DNA from: a virus
Lineage: Duplodnaviria; Caudoviricetes
IMG/VR virus record: IMGVR_UViG_3300038968_000070
Coordinates: 1-64,000 of that record
Length of the DNA stretch: 64,000 nt
Direction: 5' to 3' (one strand)
The notes beneath the pieces were generated by a model. The model was not told the origin of the DNA and ran no database searches. It saw only the letters and a program-made list of their open reading frames with translations. The stretch's first letter is position 1. Each line of letters opens with the position of its first letter. The position numbers and the translations under genes are program-made. Shown piece by piece: positions 19,428-29,380 of the stretch.

Positions 19428-19656
19428 CCGTCGGCCGCGAGCGGTCACTCCCGATCATCCGCTGGCCGGGTGCGCTCAAGATCTGGCACCGCGACGGCGA
19501 CTTCGTCACCGTCGACGTCGAGAACCACAGCGTCGAAGACGTCCGCGAAGACCCGTACGCGGACGACGACGACGACGACTGAACGCGCACCCCGGCACCC
19601 CCGAGCACCGCTCGGTTCTGTCGGACCCGTATGTAACACTCTCGCCTGAGAATCCT

Positions 19657-20007
19657 ATGCTCGTCAAGATCCTCACCGCTGTCATCACCGTCGCGATCCT
19701 GATCGTCGTCTTCGTGCCGATGATCCCGTCGCAGCTCGACCGCGCCACGAGCGCAGCGTTCCACTGCGTGAAGTGCAACCGCGGCTTCCACAGCGCAGAG
19801 ACGTTCACGTGGCATCAACAAGCGATGCACCCGGAGCTGGCGATCGCCGAGATCGACGCCGAATGCACGGTCGGTGAAGCGCGTGCGTACGCCGCGATCG
19901 ACATCGCGCCGGCGCCGCCGTCTACGCCGGCCGTGGCCGACGCCGGCGTCGTCGAGGTCCGCTCGGGCGGTCGCGTCTACCGCGTCATCACCGGGGGTCG
20001 GAAGTAG
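19657..20007 (+). CDS. Membrane-anchored hypothetical protein with C2H2-like motif
   Basis: N-terminal TM segment; FHCVKCNRGF...HQQAMH. Confidence 0.55.
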   Translation: MLVKILTAVITVAILIVVFVPMIPSQLDRATSAAFHCVKCNRGFHSAETFTWHQQAMHPELAIAEIDAECTVGEARAYAAIDIAPAPPSTPAVADAGVVEVRSGGRVYRVITGGRK

Positions 20008-20025
20008 ATCGCTCACGCGATCCCT

Positions 20026-20056
20026 TTGCGAACCGCCTCGGCTTCTCGTATAAGAA
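20026..20056 (+). promoter_or_regulatory. sigma70 promoter with overlapping operator
   Basis: TTGCGA-N17-TATAAG; TTCTCGTATAAGAA at 20043-20056. Confidence 0.65.
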
Positions 20057-20081
20057 ACCTCAGACCAGGACGGAAAGACCA

Positions 20082-21287
20082 GTGAAGGCCCAAGAAACCC
20101 TCTCCCTGCACCAGACGGCGATCGCCGTCGCTGCGTGCGCCCGCGCGGGCTACGTCCCGCTCGTCATCGGCTCGCCCGGCATCGGCAAGACGTCGCTCGG
20201 GCGCGCCATCACCCCCATGATCGGCAAGGCGCTCGGGTACACGAACGGCGACGGCTTCGAGCTGAGCGTGTGCATCCTCTCGAACCGCGACGCGCCCGAC
20301 GTCGGCGGCTACCCGGTCATCAAGAGCGACGACACCGTCGAGCTGAAGCTCTTCGGCTCGCTCAGCGAGAGCGCCAAGCACCCGCGGCTGCTCCTCCTCG
20401 ACGAGTTCCTGACGTGCCCGCAGGCCGTACAGGGCCCGGCGCTGCGGCTCACGTTGGAGCGCGTGGCCGGCGAGGTCCCGCTCCACCCCGACACGCGCAT
20501 CATCGCGATGGCGAACCCGCCCGATCAGGCGCCGGGCGGCATCCAGCTGACGGCGGCGCTCGTCAACCGCCTCGTGATCCTGCACTGCACGCCACGCGTC
20601 GACGAGGTCGCCGCGTTCTTCTGCGGCCGCCCCGAGGCGGATCTGACGACCGCGCTCGACCTGCCCGACGACGCGTCGTTCAGGGCGCGCAAGGCGCACT
20701 ACATGGACGTCGCCGGCATCCTCTTCGAGTCGCGCCCCGACCTCCTCCAGTTCGACCCGCCGCCGGCGTCGCTCAGCGACGGCGAGCCGTTCGCGTCGCC
20801 GCGCGCCTGGGAGATCTGTTGCTCGGTGCTGGCAGCGCTCCCCGAGGCGCACATCACCACGGTCACCGACGTGACGCGCGCGCTCGTGCTCGGGGCGATC
20901 GGCCCCGGCGCCGGCATCCCCTACCTGACGATGCTTCGCGCCCGCGTTCACCTGCCGACGGTGGCCGAGGTGCTCGAACAGCCGGACAAGGCCCGGCTGC
21001 CCGACGCGTCGGCGAAGATCGACGTCAACGGCAAGATGGTCGCGGTCGGTCGCGACATCAACTTCGCCGCCATCCCGCTCGTCATCGAGGCGGCGCGCGT
21101 GGACACGTACGCCGCGTGGGTGTACGTGAACCGCCTGCCCGACGAGATCATCGCCGCCGTGGCGAAGGGTCTGGCCGCGAAGGTCAACGCGCCTGGTGGC
21201 AAGCCGTCGAAGTGGCACGTGCAGGGTCAGCAGATCATGCTCAAGACCGTCAACAAGCTGGCGGACACGACGCGAAAGGCGTCGTGA
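20082..21287 (+). CDS. MoxR/dynein-related AAA+ ATPase
   Basis: Walker A GSPGIGKT, Walker B LLLLDEF, sensor IIAMANP, ALVNR, SPRAWE. Confidence 0.85.
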   Translation: MKAQETLSLHQTAIAVAACARAGYVPLVIGSPGIGKTSLGRAITPMIGKALGYTNGDGFELSVCILSNRDAPDVGGYPVIKSDDTVELKLFGSLSESAKHPRLLLLDEFLTCPQAVQGPALRLTLERVAGEVPLHPDTRIIAMANPPDQAPGGIQLTAALVNRLVILHCTPRVDEVAAFFCGRPEADLTTALDLPDDASFRARKAHYMDVAGILFESRPDLLQFDPPPASLSDGEPFASPRAWEICCSVLAALPEAHITTVTDVTRALVLGAIGPGAGIPYLTMLRARVHLPTVAEVLEQPDKARLPDASAKIDVNGKMVAVGRDINFAAIPLVIEAARVDTYAAWVYVNRLPDEIIAAVAKGLAAKVNAPGGKPSKWHVQGQQIMLKTVNKLADTTRKAS

Positions 21288-21372
21288 TGCGCGAGGCGTG
21301 GCTCGACGTCGCGCTCGGAGTGGCGATCGGCCTGATCGTCGCGGTCGTGATCGCCGTCGGCCAGTGTCGAGG

Positions 21373-21978
21373 GTGACCGTGGCGGAGAAGCGTCGACAGG
21401 CGGGGAAGATCGCGCCGCGTGCTGGGCGCGCGTGGCGAACGCTTGGGTTGCTCGAAGACGCGCAACGTAAGCTGCGCAAGCTCGCGCCGCCTGAGGCGCC
21501 ACCAGACGCGATCGCGATCTGGCACAACGCGCTCGCGGAAAACGGCGTCACACCGACCGCGTTCGAGCTGATCCCGTTCGACGGTGTGCCGCACATCGTC
21601 AACCGTCTCTATGTACGCTTCGAGCATCGCTACGCCGACCTCGACGCCGTCACACACGAGCTGTTCGGACGTCGCCCGTTCCTCTACGTGCGCGTCCGCG
21701 TCTTCCACGATAGCGCCCGTGCGACGTCGACGCTCACGTGGTTTCCCGATGCCAACAACCACGCCATGGCCGAGCTGGGCGGCCTCGCGACGCCGGTCCT
21801 CGGCATCCGCGCGTTCCTGATCGAAGCCGAACAGCTCGTCACGGGCGAGTCGCGCGCGGTCATGCTCGGGAACAAGTTCGTCGGCACGGCGCGCAACCCG
21901 AAGTGGGAGGCGCGCGACGCGATGGCGACGTCGTGCGGGCAAGCGTGGGCCGACTTCGACGCGAAAGGATTGCAGTAA
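21373..21978 (+). CDS. Hypothetical protein
   Basis: High GC3; lies between the AAA and VWA genes. Confidence 0.5.
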   Translation: MTVAEKRRQAGKIAPRAGRAWRTLGLLEDAQRKLRKLAPPEAPPDAIAIWHNALAENGVTPTAFELIPFDGVPHIVNRLYVRFEHRYADLDAVTHELFGRRPFLYVRVRVFHDSARATSTLTWFPDANNHAMAELGGLATPVLGIRAFLIEAEQLVTGESRAVMLGNKFVGTARNPKWEARDAMATSCGQAWADFDAKGLQ

Positions 21979-21981
21979 GCC

Positions 21982-23238
21982 ATGTCCAAGAAACCCCACC
22001 CCGTCGTCGCCCGCTGGAATCAACTGCGCTACGCGCTGTGCTGGAAGTCGCAGGTGCTCGCGCCGGCGCTCGCTGCGCTCTCGATCCTCGAAAGCCCGAA
22101 GTTGAACGCGATCATCCCGACGGCGGCGATCGACAACCGCGGGCGCTTGTACGTCAACACCGAGTGGGCGAGCAAGCTCGACGACGGACAGAGCAACTTC
22201 GTCATCCTGCACGAGTGCCTGCACCTCGTGCTGCGGCATTGGGAACGTCGCGGTAGCCGCGACCCGTACCTCTTCAACGTCGCCGCCGACCTCGTCATCA
22301 ACGACGCGATCCCCAAGCTGGGCTCGCTGGGCGCGGCGCGCCCGGAGAAGGGCCTGTTCCGCGACGTCCACACACCGTGGATCGCGGAGAACCTCTCCGC
22401 CGAGGAGGTCTACGAGCTTCTCCGCGCCAATCCCGACAAGCAGCCCAAGGGCGACAAGGGTCAAGTCGGCGCCGGTTGCGGCGTCGAGATCGTCGCCGTC
22501 GACGCCGACGGCGACCCGGTCGATCAGAACGGCAACAAGATCGGTGACGACAAGCTCGCCGAGATGGGGCTGTCGCCCGGCGAGTGGAAGAACATCGCGC
22601 AGACCGTCGCGCAGCTCGCCAAGCAAGCAGGGACCTCGGGCGGCGAGGCGCTCGCGCCGCTCCTCAACATCCCGCCGAGCCGCGTGCAGTGGAAGGCGCT
22701 CCTCCGCGACCTCGCGGCGGCCGCCGTGTCCCGTGCCGGGCGTGACGTCGTCTCGTGGGCGAAGCGTTCGCGCCGCGCGCCGCGCCAGATCATCCTCCCC
22801 GGGACGCGGACGAACGACGTCCGGCTCGCGATCATCATCGACAGCTCGGGCTCGATGAGCGACAACGACCTCGCGGCCTGCGTCGCCGAGACGCACGCAG
22901 CGGTGAACGCCGCCGGGATCTCGGCGTACCTCGTCGTCCATGATCATGAGGTGCGGACGAAGGCGTGGATCACGCCCGGCAGCGGCGTCACCGAGGTCTC
23001 GAAGAAAGTCATCGGGCGCGGCGGGACGCTCTTCGGCGAGGCGTACGCCGCCGTCGCCGAGTGTCGCGAGAAGTTCGCCGCCGTCGTCCACTTCACCGAC
23101 GGATACCCCGGCGATGCGTGGCCGGCGAAGCCCGGCAACTGTGGCCGTGCGGTCTGCGCGCTGACGCCGGATGGGTTGCAGGCGGGGATCCCCGACGGTT
23201 GGCGGGTCGTGCCGATCGAGATCCCGGGGCGGGTGTGA
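21982..23238 (+). CDS. Metallopeptidase-VWA domain protein (DUF2201-like)
   Basis: ILHECLHLVLRH, FNVAADLVIN; MIDAS IDSSGSM, GRGGT, FTDG. Confidence 0.85.
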   Translation: MSKKPHPVVARWNQLRYALCWKSQVLAPALAALSILESPKLNAIIPTAAIDNRGRLYVNTEWASKLDDGQSNFVILHECLHLVLRHWERRGSRDPYLFNVAADLVINDAIPKLGSLGAARPEKGLFRDVHTPWIAENLSAEEVYELLRANPDKQPKGDKGQVGAGCGVEIVAVDADGDPVDQNGNKIGDDKLAEMGLSPGEWKNIAQTVAQLAKQAGTSGGEALAPLLNIPPSRVQWKALLRDLAAAAVSRAGRDVVSWAKRSRRAPRQIILPGTRTNDVRLAIIIDSSGSMSDNDLAACVAETHAAVNAAGISAYLVVHDHEVRTKAWITPGSGVTEVSKKVIGRGGTLFGEAYAAVAECREKFAAVVHFTDGYPGDAWPAKPGNCGRAVCALTPDGLQAGIPDGWRVVPIEIPGRV

Positions 23239-23624
23239 TGGCGGTGTGGTGGTGCTGTGCGTGTGGTATCAGCCGCAGCGTTAGCGGTATGTGCGCGCGT
23301 TGCGGTGACGAAGCTGTGTTCGGCACCTCCGAATCGCCGCCGTCACCGCGACACGATCGCTGGCCGCGCCTGACGCAATGTGCGCTCCGGCCACAGGAAG
23401 ACGTCGTGGCTATGCTGCTCCGCGAAGCGGAGATCACCGACGAAGACCTTGTCACGATCGTGCGCACCACGGCACTGCACGTTTGCACCGTCACCAGTGG
23501 GCGCTTGCGCGCCAACAACACCGTCGAGGACGAGGCCGCGTTCGGCGCGGTCGTGAACGCAGCGGCCGACGAGCAAGAGCGACGAAACGCGGTGCGATCG
23601 CAGCCGGGCGAGCTATCCCCATGA
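23238..23624 (+). CDS. Hypothetical protein with Zn ribbon and shared C-terminal module
   Basis: CCACG...CARCG; NAAADEQERRN. Confidence 0.45.
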   Translation: MAVWWCCACGISRSVSGMCARCGDEAVFGTSESPPSPRHDRWPRLTQCALRPQEDVVAMLLREAEITDEDLVTIVRTTALHVCTVTSGRLRANNTVEDEAAFGAVVNAAADEQERRNAVRSQPGELSP

Positions 23625-23793
23625 AGAACATCAAGCTAACGCGACAAGGCGTTCGAGACCTCAACGACCCGCCGACCAACGCGCGCGGCCCGCAGCCCAA
23701 GCTGTGGGGCAAGCACTACTGCGAGACGACCGTCGGCATCGACGAGTTCGGCCGGACGTACCTCTACTGCCGCGGTTGCGGCTGTGAGATGCC

Positions 23794-24513
23794 ATGAGCG
23801 CCGCCGTCAAGAAGCGGGCAGCGTCGCCACGCGTCGAGGTCGCCCCCGGCTACGTCGTCATCAACATCAGCGGCGCGTCCGGCGGCGTGACGTACACCCG
23901 CCAGGCGGTCAACACGAAGACCAAGCGTCACGCCAAGTCGACGACGTTCATGAACGTCATGCACGTCGATCACGAGGCGCTGGTCTCGGAGATCAACGCC
24001 GTCGTCAAGAAGGTCGACGACACCGTGCTTCGCTCACGCTGCGTCAAGACGAGCTTCGGGCACTTCGTCGCGGAGCGCGACGTCGGCGGGTTGCGCGCGG
24101 ACGTCGCCGAGCTGCGCGCACGCGTCGACGCGCTCAACATCGCCGCCGCCGGCGCCAAGAGCAAGCACCGCGGCCGCGTCGGCGTCGTCATCGCGCAGCT
24201 CGACGTTCGGCACCCCGACGTCGTCGGGGAGGTCTCGCGGACGATCATCGAGATCCTGACGGGGCTTCGTGACGCCCTCGCCGCCGGCGACATCGACGAC
24301 GTGACCGACAAGACGGGCAAGGTCGTCCACCGCAACGCGATGAAGCCGCTCCTCATCCGCGCCAAGAACATCGAGAGCATGGTCACCGGCACGTCGGCGA
24401 CGGTGCTCCACGCCGCGCTCGACCGCGTACGTACCGCGCGCGCCGAGGTCCGCGAACGAACGGGCGAGGTCGACTTCTCGGCGATCGACGTCGCGATCGG
24501 GTGGTTCTCGTGA
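23794..24513 (+). CDS. Hypothetical protein
   Basis: High GC3; near the AAA/VWA pair. Confidence 0.55.
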   Translation: MSAAVKKRAASPRVEVAPGYVVINISGASGGVTYTRQAVNTKTKRHAKSTTFMNVMHVDHEALVSEINAVVKKVDDTVLRSRCVKTSFGHFVAERDVGGLRADVAELRARVDALNIAAAGAKSKHRGRVGVVIAQLDVRHPDVVGEVSRTIIEILTGLRDALAAGDIDDVTDKTGKVVHRNAMKPLLIRAKNIESMVTGTSATVLHAALDRVRTARAEVRERTGEVDFSAIDVAIGWFS

Positions 24514-24579
24514 TCGACTTCGTCGCGTTCAAGTCCCCTGATCAGCGGTGGGAGATCATCGACCACTTGGTGGAGCGGT

Positions 24580-24888
24580 ATGCCTAAGAAGAAAGTCACG
24601 AAGCGGAAGGCCACGACGACGGCGCAGTGCCGCATCGTCGGCACGAAACCCAAGGGCCTCGGCGCGGCGATGTTCCCCGCGCACGTCGTCTTCACGTTCG
24701 AGGTGACCGACGACGGCGTCGAGGTCACGGGGTTCCGCGAGATCGCGGCGCCCGGTGCAACGGGCGCGAGGCGCGCGCTCTACGCGAACACCAACATCCC
24801 GAAAGCCGCCGTGAAGCAAGCCAAGCGCGAGATCCTCGACGAATACGGCGACCGCTGGACGTTGACGGCGGTGGACGTGAAGGCGTGA
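24580..24888 (+). CDS. Hypothetical basic protein
   Basis: GGAG RBS; high GC3. Confidence 0.55.
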   Translation: MPKKKVTKRKATTTAQCRIVGTKPKGLGAAMFPAHVVFTFEVTDDGVEVTGFREIAAPGATGARRALYANTNIPKAAVKQAKREILDEYGDRWTLTAVDVKA

Positions 24889-25217
24889 AGGTCACACCGA
24901 TCCCGTCAGCTGACCCGCTCGTACGCTGGCACGAGGCGCTAGCGTGTCACGGGACGATCGTCGCGTTCACGTGGAACGCCGCCGTGGGGATGCCGGTAGC
25001 GTTCACGCTCATGACCAGCGAGCACGTCGCACCGATCGAGGTCTTCGTCATAGACGCGTACGCGGTGTCGGTCTTCCAAGGCGCCCGCGGCAAGACGATC
25101 ATCTTCGGCGGCAACACCCCGATCACGCAACGGCGCCCCGATGAGCTGATCGAACACATCTTGGAGGGCGCCGACGCACATCGACCGCTCGTCTACGTCG
25201 AGGGGCCGTATCGATGA
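24885..25217 (+). CDS. Hypothetical protein
   Basis: GTGA overlap. Confidence 0.45.
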   Translation: MKVTPIPSADPLVRWHEALACHGTIVAFTWNAAVGMPVAFTLMTSEHVAPIEVFVIDAYAVSVFQGARGKTIIFGGNTPITQRRPDELIEHILEGADAHRPLVYVEGPYR

Positions 25218-25867
25218 CGCCACCCGGCCCGCGCCCGTCGTCGATCGACACCCTCGAAGGCTGGCACCGCAGCTTCGCCGCGGTCGGCATCGTGCCGGTT
25301 CAGCTCTCGTGGGAGGATCTCGCGCCTGCGCCCATACGGCACCCTGCCGATCTGCCCGCGCTCACCGTGAGCTGGTTTGCCGAACCGACGACCAAGGTCT
25401 TCCTGATCAGCCGCGGCATGAATGCGTACGTGTGGGTCGTCGACTACCGGCTCATCAGCCACCCTAACGCGCGCTGGGTGCAGACAGCCGACGCGCCTGA
25501 CAAGCTCGCGCTCGTCCAGTTCCCCGGCGCCGGGACGTGGATGATCCGGGCGCACGGTTACAAGAAGCCCATCGCCGTCGCGATCTTCACGCGTAGTCCG
25601 AAGGAGCTACCGGTGATCCAACGCCGCGCGCGGGAGATCGCCGCTGGCTTCGGGCGCGCGCCCAAGCCGGTGAACATGCGTGCGATCGTGGAGCGCGCAC
25701 GGTTGCTCAAAGTTTGGGCGAACATGCCGCAGTTCAACCCGTCAGCGGCGCAACGAGACGTAACGGTGTGGCCACCACCCGGCGTCAGGTTCAGGCTGAC
25801 GTACACCCTACCTAACGGCGCGCGGGTCACCTCGAAATCGTGGCACCCACCCGAGGTCGATCTGTGA
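25214..25867 (+). CDS. Hypothetical protein
   Basis: GAGGGG RBS, ATGA overlap. Confidence 0.55.
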   Translation: MTPPGPRPSSIDTLEGWHRSFAAVGIVPVQLSWEDLAPAPIRHPADLPALTVSWFAEPTTKVFLISRGMNAYVWVVDYRLISHPNARWVQTADAPDKLALVQFPGAGTWMIRAHGYKKPIAVAIFTRSPKELPVIQRRAREIAAGFGRAPKPVNMRAIVERARLLKVWANMPQFNPSAAQRDVTVWPPPGVRFRLTYTLPNGARVTSKSWHPPEVDL

Positions 25868-26521
25868 TCGGCCGACATCACCGGTCGCCGCAGGAGATCG
25901 CCGACGAGATCGCGACGCACGCACGTGGGATCGCGCGCGAGCTTGACAGCTCGGGGCGGCGAGGAGTAATCTCCTAGGAAGTAAGTTTTAGTTCTAAAAC
26001 AGGGGGTCGGCTCCAAGGCCCGCCGACGTCGACTTTCAGAGCTTTCTCATGTTGGAGATCTACGATACAACCGTCGCGCTCACCGATTCGGATGATCCGA
26101 GGCGGATCCGAGCCGCTTCCGAGGGGATCACATCGATGCCACCGAACAACCGAGGCCGATCGACGACGGGGCGCGCCGCCGTTCCGTACTATCCGAGGGC
26201 GCAACACATCGAGGCCGCGAAGCACCTGCGGCTCGTCGTCACGCGCTACATCAACGATCGCGCGACGCTGAACGACATCCGTGAGGCGATGGCCAACCTC
26301 GGCGCCGTCGCACCGGTGCCGGGCGACAAGAACTACCGCGAGCCGAAGACGTGAGAGTCGTCCTTCGTATCGACGTCACCGACGAGCAACGCGCCGCCGT
26401 GCGGCGTTCGGAAGGGCGATCCGGACTTGCGACGCGATTCGAGATCGCGTCGATCGTGGAGATGCTGATCCAGCAAGAGCTTGCCGAACGCGTCGCCACG
26501 TACCGCCGAGGAAAGTAACCC

Positions 26522-26896
26522 ATGCACACGTTCCACTTCACCCGCGAGGCGTTCGTCAACGATGCGAGCGGCTGCGCGTACAAGCGCACGCTCCACGTCT
26601 CGGTCAGCCACAATAGCGATTGGTCGGGCGACGCGATGATCTCCATCGTCGCGACGCCGAGCGACCTCGACGAACACGCGGCCGAGCGATGGTACAACAC
26701 GATGCCGGCGCACGAGCGCGTGAAGCACCGGACGGAGGCGAGCGTCGACGCACAGGCGTTGCTACACGGCGACGTCGACCCGGGCGGCCTCCCGCCGCTC
26801 GCCGCACGGGTCCTCGGGCCCGCGATCGCGCAGGCGGTGTGCCGCTGCCTACACATGAAGGCGGTCACCGCAGCCGAGGGTGTGTGGCTGCCGTGA
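26522..26896 (+). CDS. Hypothetical protein
   Basis: GAGGA RBS; overlaps the recombinase start. Confidence 0.55.
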   Translation: MHTFHFTREAFVNDASGCAYKRTLHVSVSHNSDWSGDAMISIVATPSDLDEHAAERWYNTMPAHERVKHRTEASVDAQALLHGDVDPGGLPPLAARVLGPAIAQAVCRCLHMKAVTAAEGVWLP

Positions 26897-27840
26897 TCGA
26901 CCTCCTCAAGCTCATCAACGACGCGAAGAAGCTGCGGCCGCTGACCAAGCAGTCGTACGCCAACGACGTCCGCCAGTGGCTCGCGTTCGCCGGCAACGAC
27001 CCGCAGAACTGGACCGCGCTCACCGCGCAGGCGTTCTACGATCACTTGATCGCGAGCGGCATCGCGATCCCGACCGCCAACCGCATGATCACGGGCGGGC
27101 TCGCGTTCGCGCTCGGGCGCGCCCACGCGTTCTATGGCATCGCGAACCCGATCGCCGCCGTCGACCGCTACAAGGCCCCGGCGCGCGCGGACGGGGCGCG
27201 GAGCGCGCTCAAGCCCGCCGCGGCGCGCGCGCTCATCGCCGCCTGCGAGGGTGCGGGGCTGCGCGACCTGCGCGACCACGCGATCCTGACGGTCGGGCTC
27301 TACACCGGGATGCGGCGGATGTCGCTCATCTCGATCGACCTCGAAACGATCACCGACCACGGCGCGTTCGTGACGCTGCGAGTCGTGTTGAAGGGCGGCG
27401 ACCCGTTCAACGTCCCGCTCGACAAGCGCGCTTGGGATCTGACCGCGCGATACCGCGACGCGCTCGCGAAAGCACGCGGGGACAAGTTCGGCCCGCTCTT
27501 CACGCGGCTGCGCCCGCAGGTCACGAGCGACCCGCGACGCGGGTACCGCGTCGAGGGGCGGATCACCGAACAAGGGTTGTTCCTCGCGCTGAAAGAGCGC
27601 GCCGCCGCCGCGCACGTCGATAACTTCATGCCACACGTCTTGCGTCACACGTTCGTCACGTGGTGCCGCGGTGAGCCGGCGCGCATCGAGCCGCAGTTCG
27701 TCGCCGCGATCACCGGCCACGCCGAGGGGCGAATCAGCCATCCCTCGGTGGCCCTGTACACCGACACGCGCGCGCTCGCCGCCGACGCCTCGCGGCGCTG
27801 CTACGAGGCGATCACCGCCAAGCTGGGAGAACAATCGTGA
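26893..27840 (+). CDS. Tyrosine recombinase (XerC/D-integrase family)
   Basis: RDHAILTVGLYTGMRR, KGG, PHVLRHTF, ITGH, LY catalytic set; SAM-like N-terminal domain. Confidence 0.9.
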   Translation: MIDLLKLINDAKKLRPLTKQSYANDVRQWLAFAGNDPQNWTALTAQAFYDHLIASGIAIPTANRMITGGLAFALGRAHAFYGIANPIAAVDRYKAPARADGARSALKPAAARALIAACEGAGLRDLRDHAILTVGLYTGMRRMSLISIDLETITDHGAFVTLRVVLKGGDPFNVPLDKRAWDLTARYRDALAKARGDKFGPLFTRLRPQVTSDPRRGYRVEGRITEQGLFLALKERAAAAHVDNFMPHVLRHTFVTWCRGEPARIEPQFVAAITGHAEGRISHPSVALYTDTRALAADASRRCYEAITAKLGEQS

Positions 27841-28127
27841 GCGACGACGTCAAGCAGCGCTGCCCGCACGACGGCGGCGCGTGTCATCACAAGTGCGCGC
27901 GTCAATGCTACCGTGCGAGCCCGCGCGAGTGGGCGCGGCGCGACCGCGTGGCCGAGGAAGACTGCGAAACCGTCGCGCACGTCGGCCCTCATTGGTCCGG
28001 GCGCCCGTCGACGGCTACACCCGCGACCTCGACGGTCACCCTCACGCTCACGTGCACGCTCGAAGACGCTGCGAAGGTCAAGCTCTTCGAGAAGCTGCGT
28101 AAGCTGGGCTTCCAGGTGAAGGAGTAG
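27837..28127 (+). CDS. Hypothetical protein
   Basis: GGGAG RBS; Cys/His-rich N-terminus. Confidence 0.45.
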   Translation: MSDDVKQRCPHDGGACHHKCARQCYRASPREWARRDRVAEEDCETVAHVGPHWSGRPSTATPATSTVTLTLTCTLEDAAKVKLFEKLRKLGFQVKE

Positions 28128-28133
28128 ACCGTC

Positions 28134-28520
28134 GTGACGAAGCGAGACCAGCACTTCAAAGTCGGCGACACCGTCGACTACTACAAGAGCGGCTACTCTT
28201 CGCGCCGCGCGACAATCACGCGCCTGAGCGAGCACACGATGTGGCTCAGTGACAACCACAAGATCAAGCACACGATCAGGGGATGGCGGGGCGTCACGTT
28301 GGTCACGCAGGCGAAGCTCGATCACGAACGCGCACACGCGGCGTGGCTGAGCCGCAAGCCGACCACGCGACATGCCAGGCTCGAATACGGCACCTACGTC
28401 GTGAGCGTGTCGGGGAAGACGGCGACCGAGGTCATCGTGAAGCTCGAAGACGCCGACAAGGAGATCCGCACGCTCGCGGAGTGGGCGGCCGCGAAGCCCA
28501 CGATGGAGAACGAACCGTGA
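28134..28520 (+). CDS. Hypothetical protein
   Basis: AAGGAG RBS; FKVGDTV start. Confidence 0.55.
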   Translation: MTKRDQHFKVGDTVDYYKSGYSSRRATITRLSEHTMWLSDNHKIKHTIRGWRGVTLVTQAKLDHERAHAAWLSRKPTTRHARLEYGTYVVSVSGKTATEVIVKLEDADKEIRTLAEWAAAKPTMENEP

Positions 28521-29380
28521 AGAAACGCGAGAAGATCCAGTTCGGCGGCGGCGGCCTCCCCGGCGACAACGCCGAGACGCACCCGAGCTTCGGTGTGGTC
28601 AGCCTCAGCCGGGGTCAGTGGTCTGGTGGCGGCGTCCAGCTCTTCGGCTCGCCGCTCGAAGCCCACCAGACGACGATCGCACTGCGCGTCTGTCGCGCCG
28701 ATCGGTCGCACGCGCTCGGGTCAGAATGGATCCACGGGCGTGACGCAATCGTCGAGGTGCTGCTCTCGCCGATGCAGTACGCGGAGCTGCTCACGACGAT
28801 GAACGTCGGGCAGGGCGTGCCGTGCACGATCCGCCACGTCCAGGGCGAAGACATCCCGGAGCTACCGCGCCTCACGACCGAGCGCGCGAACGTCAAGGAC
28901 GAGTTCAAGCACGAGATGCGGGATCTCGGCGATCGGCTCGACAAGTTCGCAAGCGAGGCGACGGAGATCCTCACCAAGAGGGGTGACATCAAGAAGACCG
29001 AGCGTGAGGCGCTCCACCAGCGCATCAAGATGCTCATCCAAGACGTCCGCTCGAACATGCCGTTCATGCTCGAACAGTTCGACAAGGCGACCGACCGCGT
29101 GACGACGGCGGCGAAGGCCGACATCGACGCGTTCGTGACGACGGCGGTGACGATGCTCGGGTTCGACAAGCTCGAAGAGCTGCGTGCGGCGCTCGCCTCG
29201 GCGAAGCCGTCCGCGCCGCCGGCGATCGAGGCCGCCGACGAACCGCGCGAGCGCGGCGTCTATCTCGAAGGCGACGGGAGCGCGCGCGGTGCGTTCCGCT
29301 CACCGCACGACCGCTGCCTCGGCAACTGTAGTCGTGGTGGTGACGGGCCGCCCTGCGGCAAGTGGGGTTGTCAAGGATGA
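28517..29380 (+). CDS. Hypothetical phage protein
   Basis: GGAG RBS; ETHPSFGVVSLSR...LFGS...VGQGVPCTI. Confidence 0.6.
   Translation: MKKREKIQFGGGGLPGDNAETHPSFGVVSLSRGQWSGGGVQLFGSPLEAHQTTIALRVCRADRSHALGSEWIHGRDAIVEVLLSPMQYAELLTTMNVGQGVPCTIRHVQGEDIPELPRLTTERANVKDEFKHEMRDLGDRLDKFASEATEILTKRGDIKKTEREALHQRIKMLIQDVRSNMPFMLEQFDKATDRVTTAAKADIDAFVTTAVTMLGFDKLEELRAALASAKPSAPPAIEAADEPRERGVYLEGDGSARGAFRSPHDRCLGNCSRGGDGPPCGKWGCQG

Noticed and set aside
25985-26000. GTTTTAG...AAAAC resembling a type II CRISPR repeat
   Set aside because: Single 16-nt palindrome; no repeat-spacer periodicity and no cas genes in the window.
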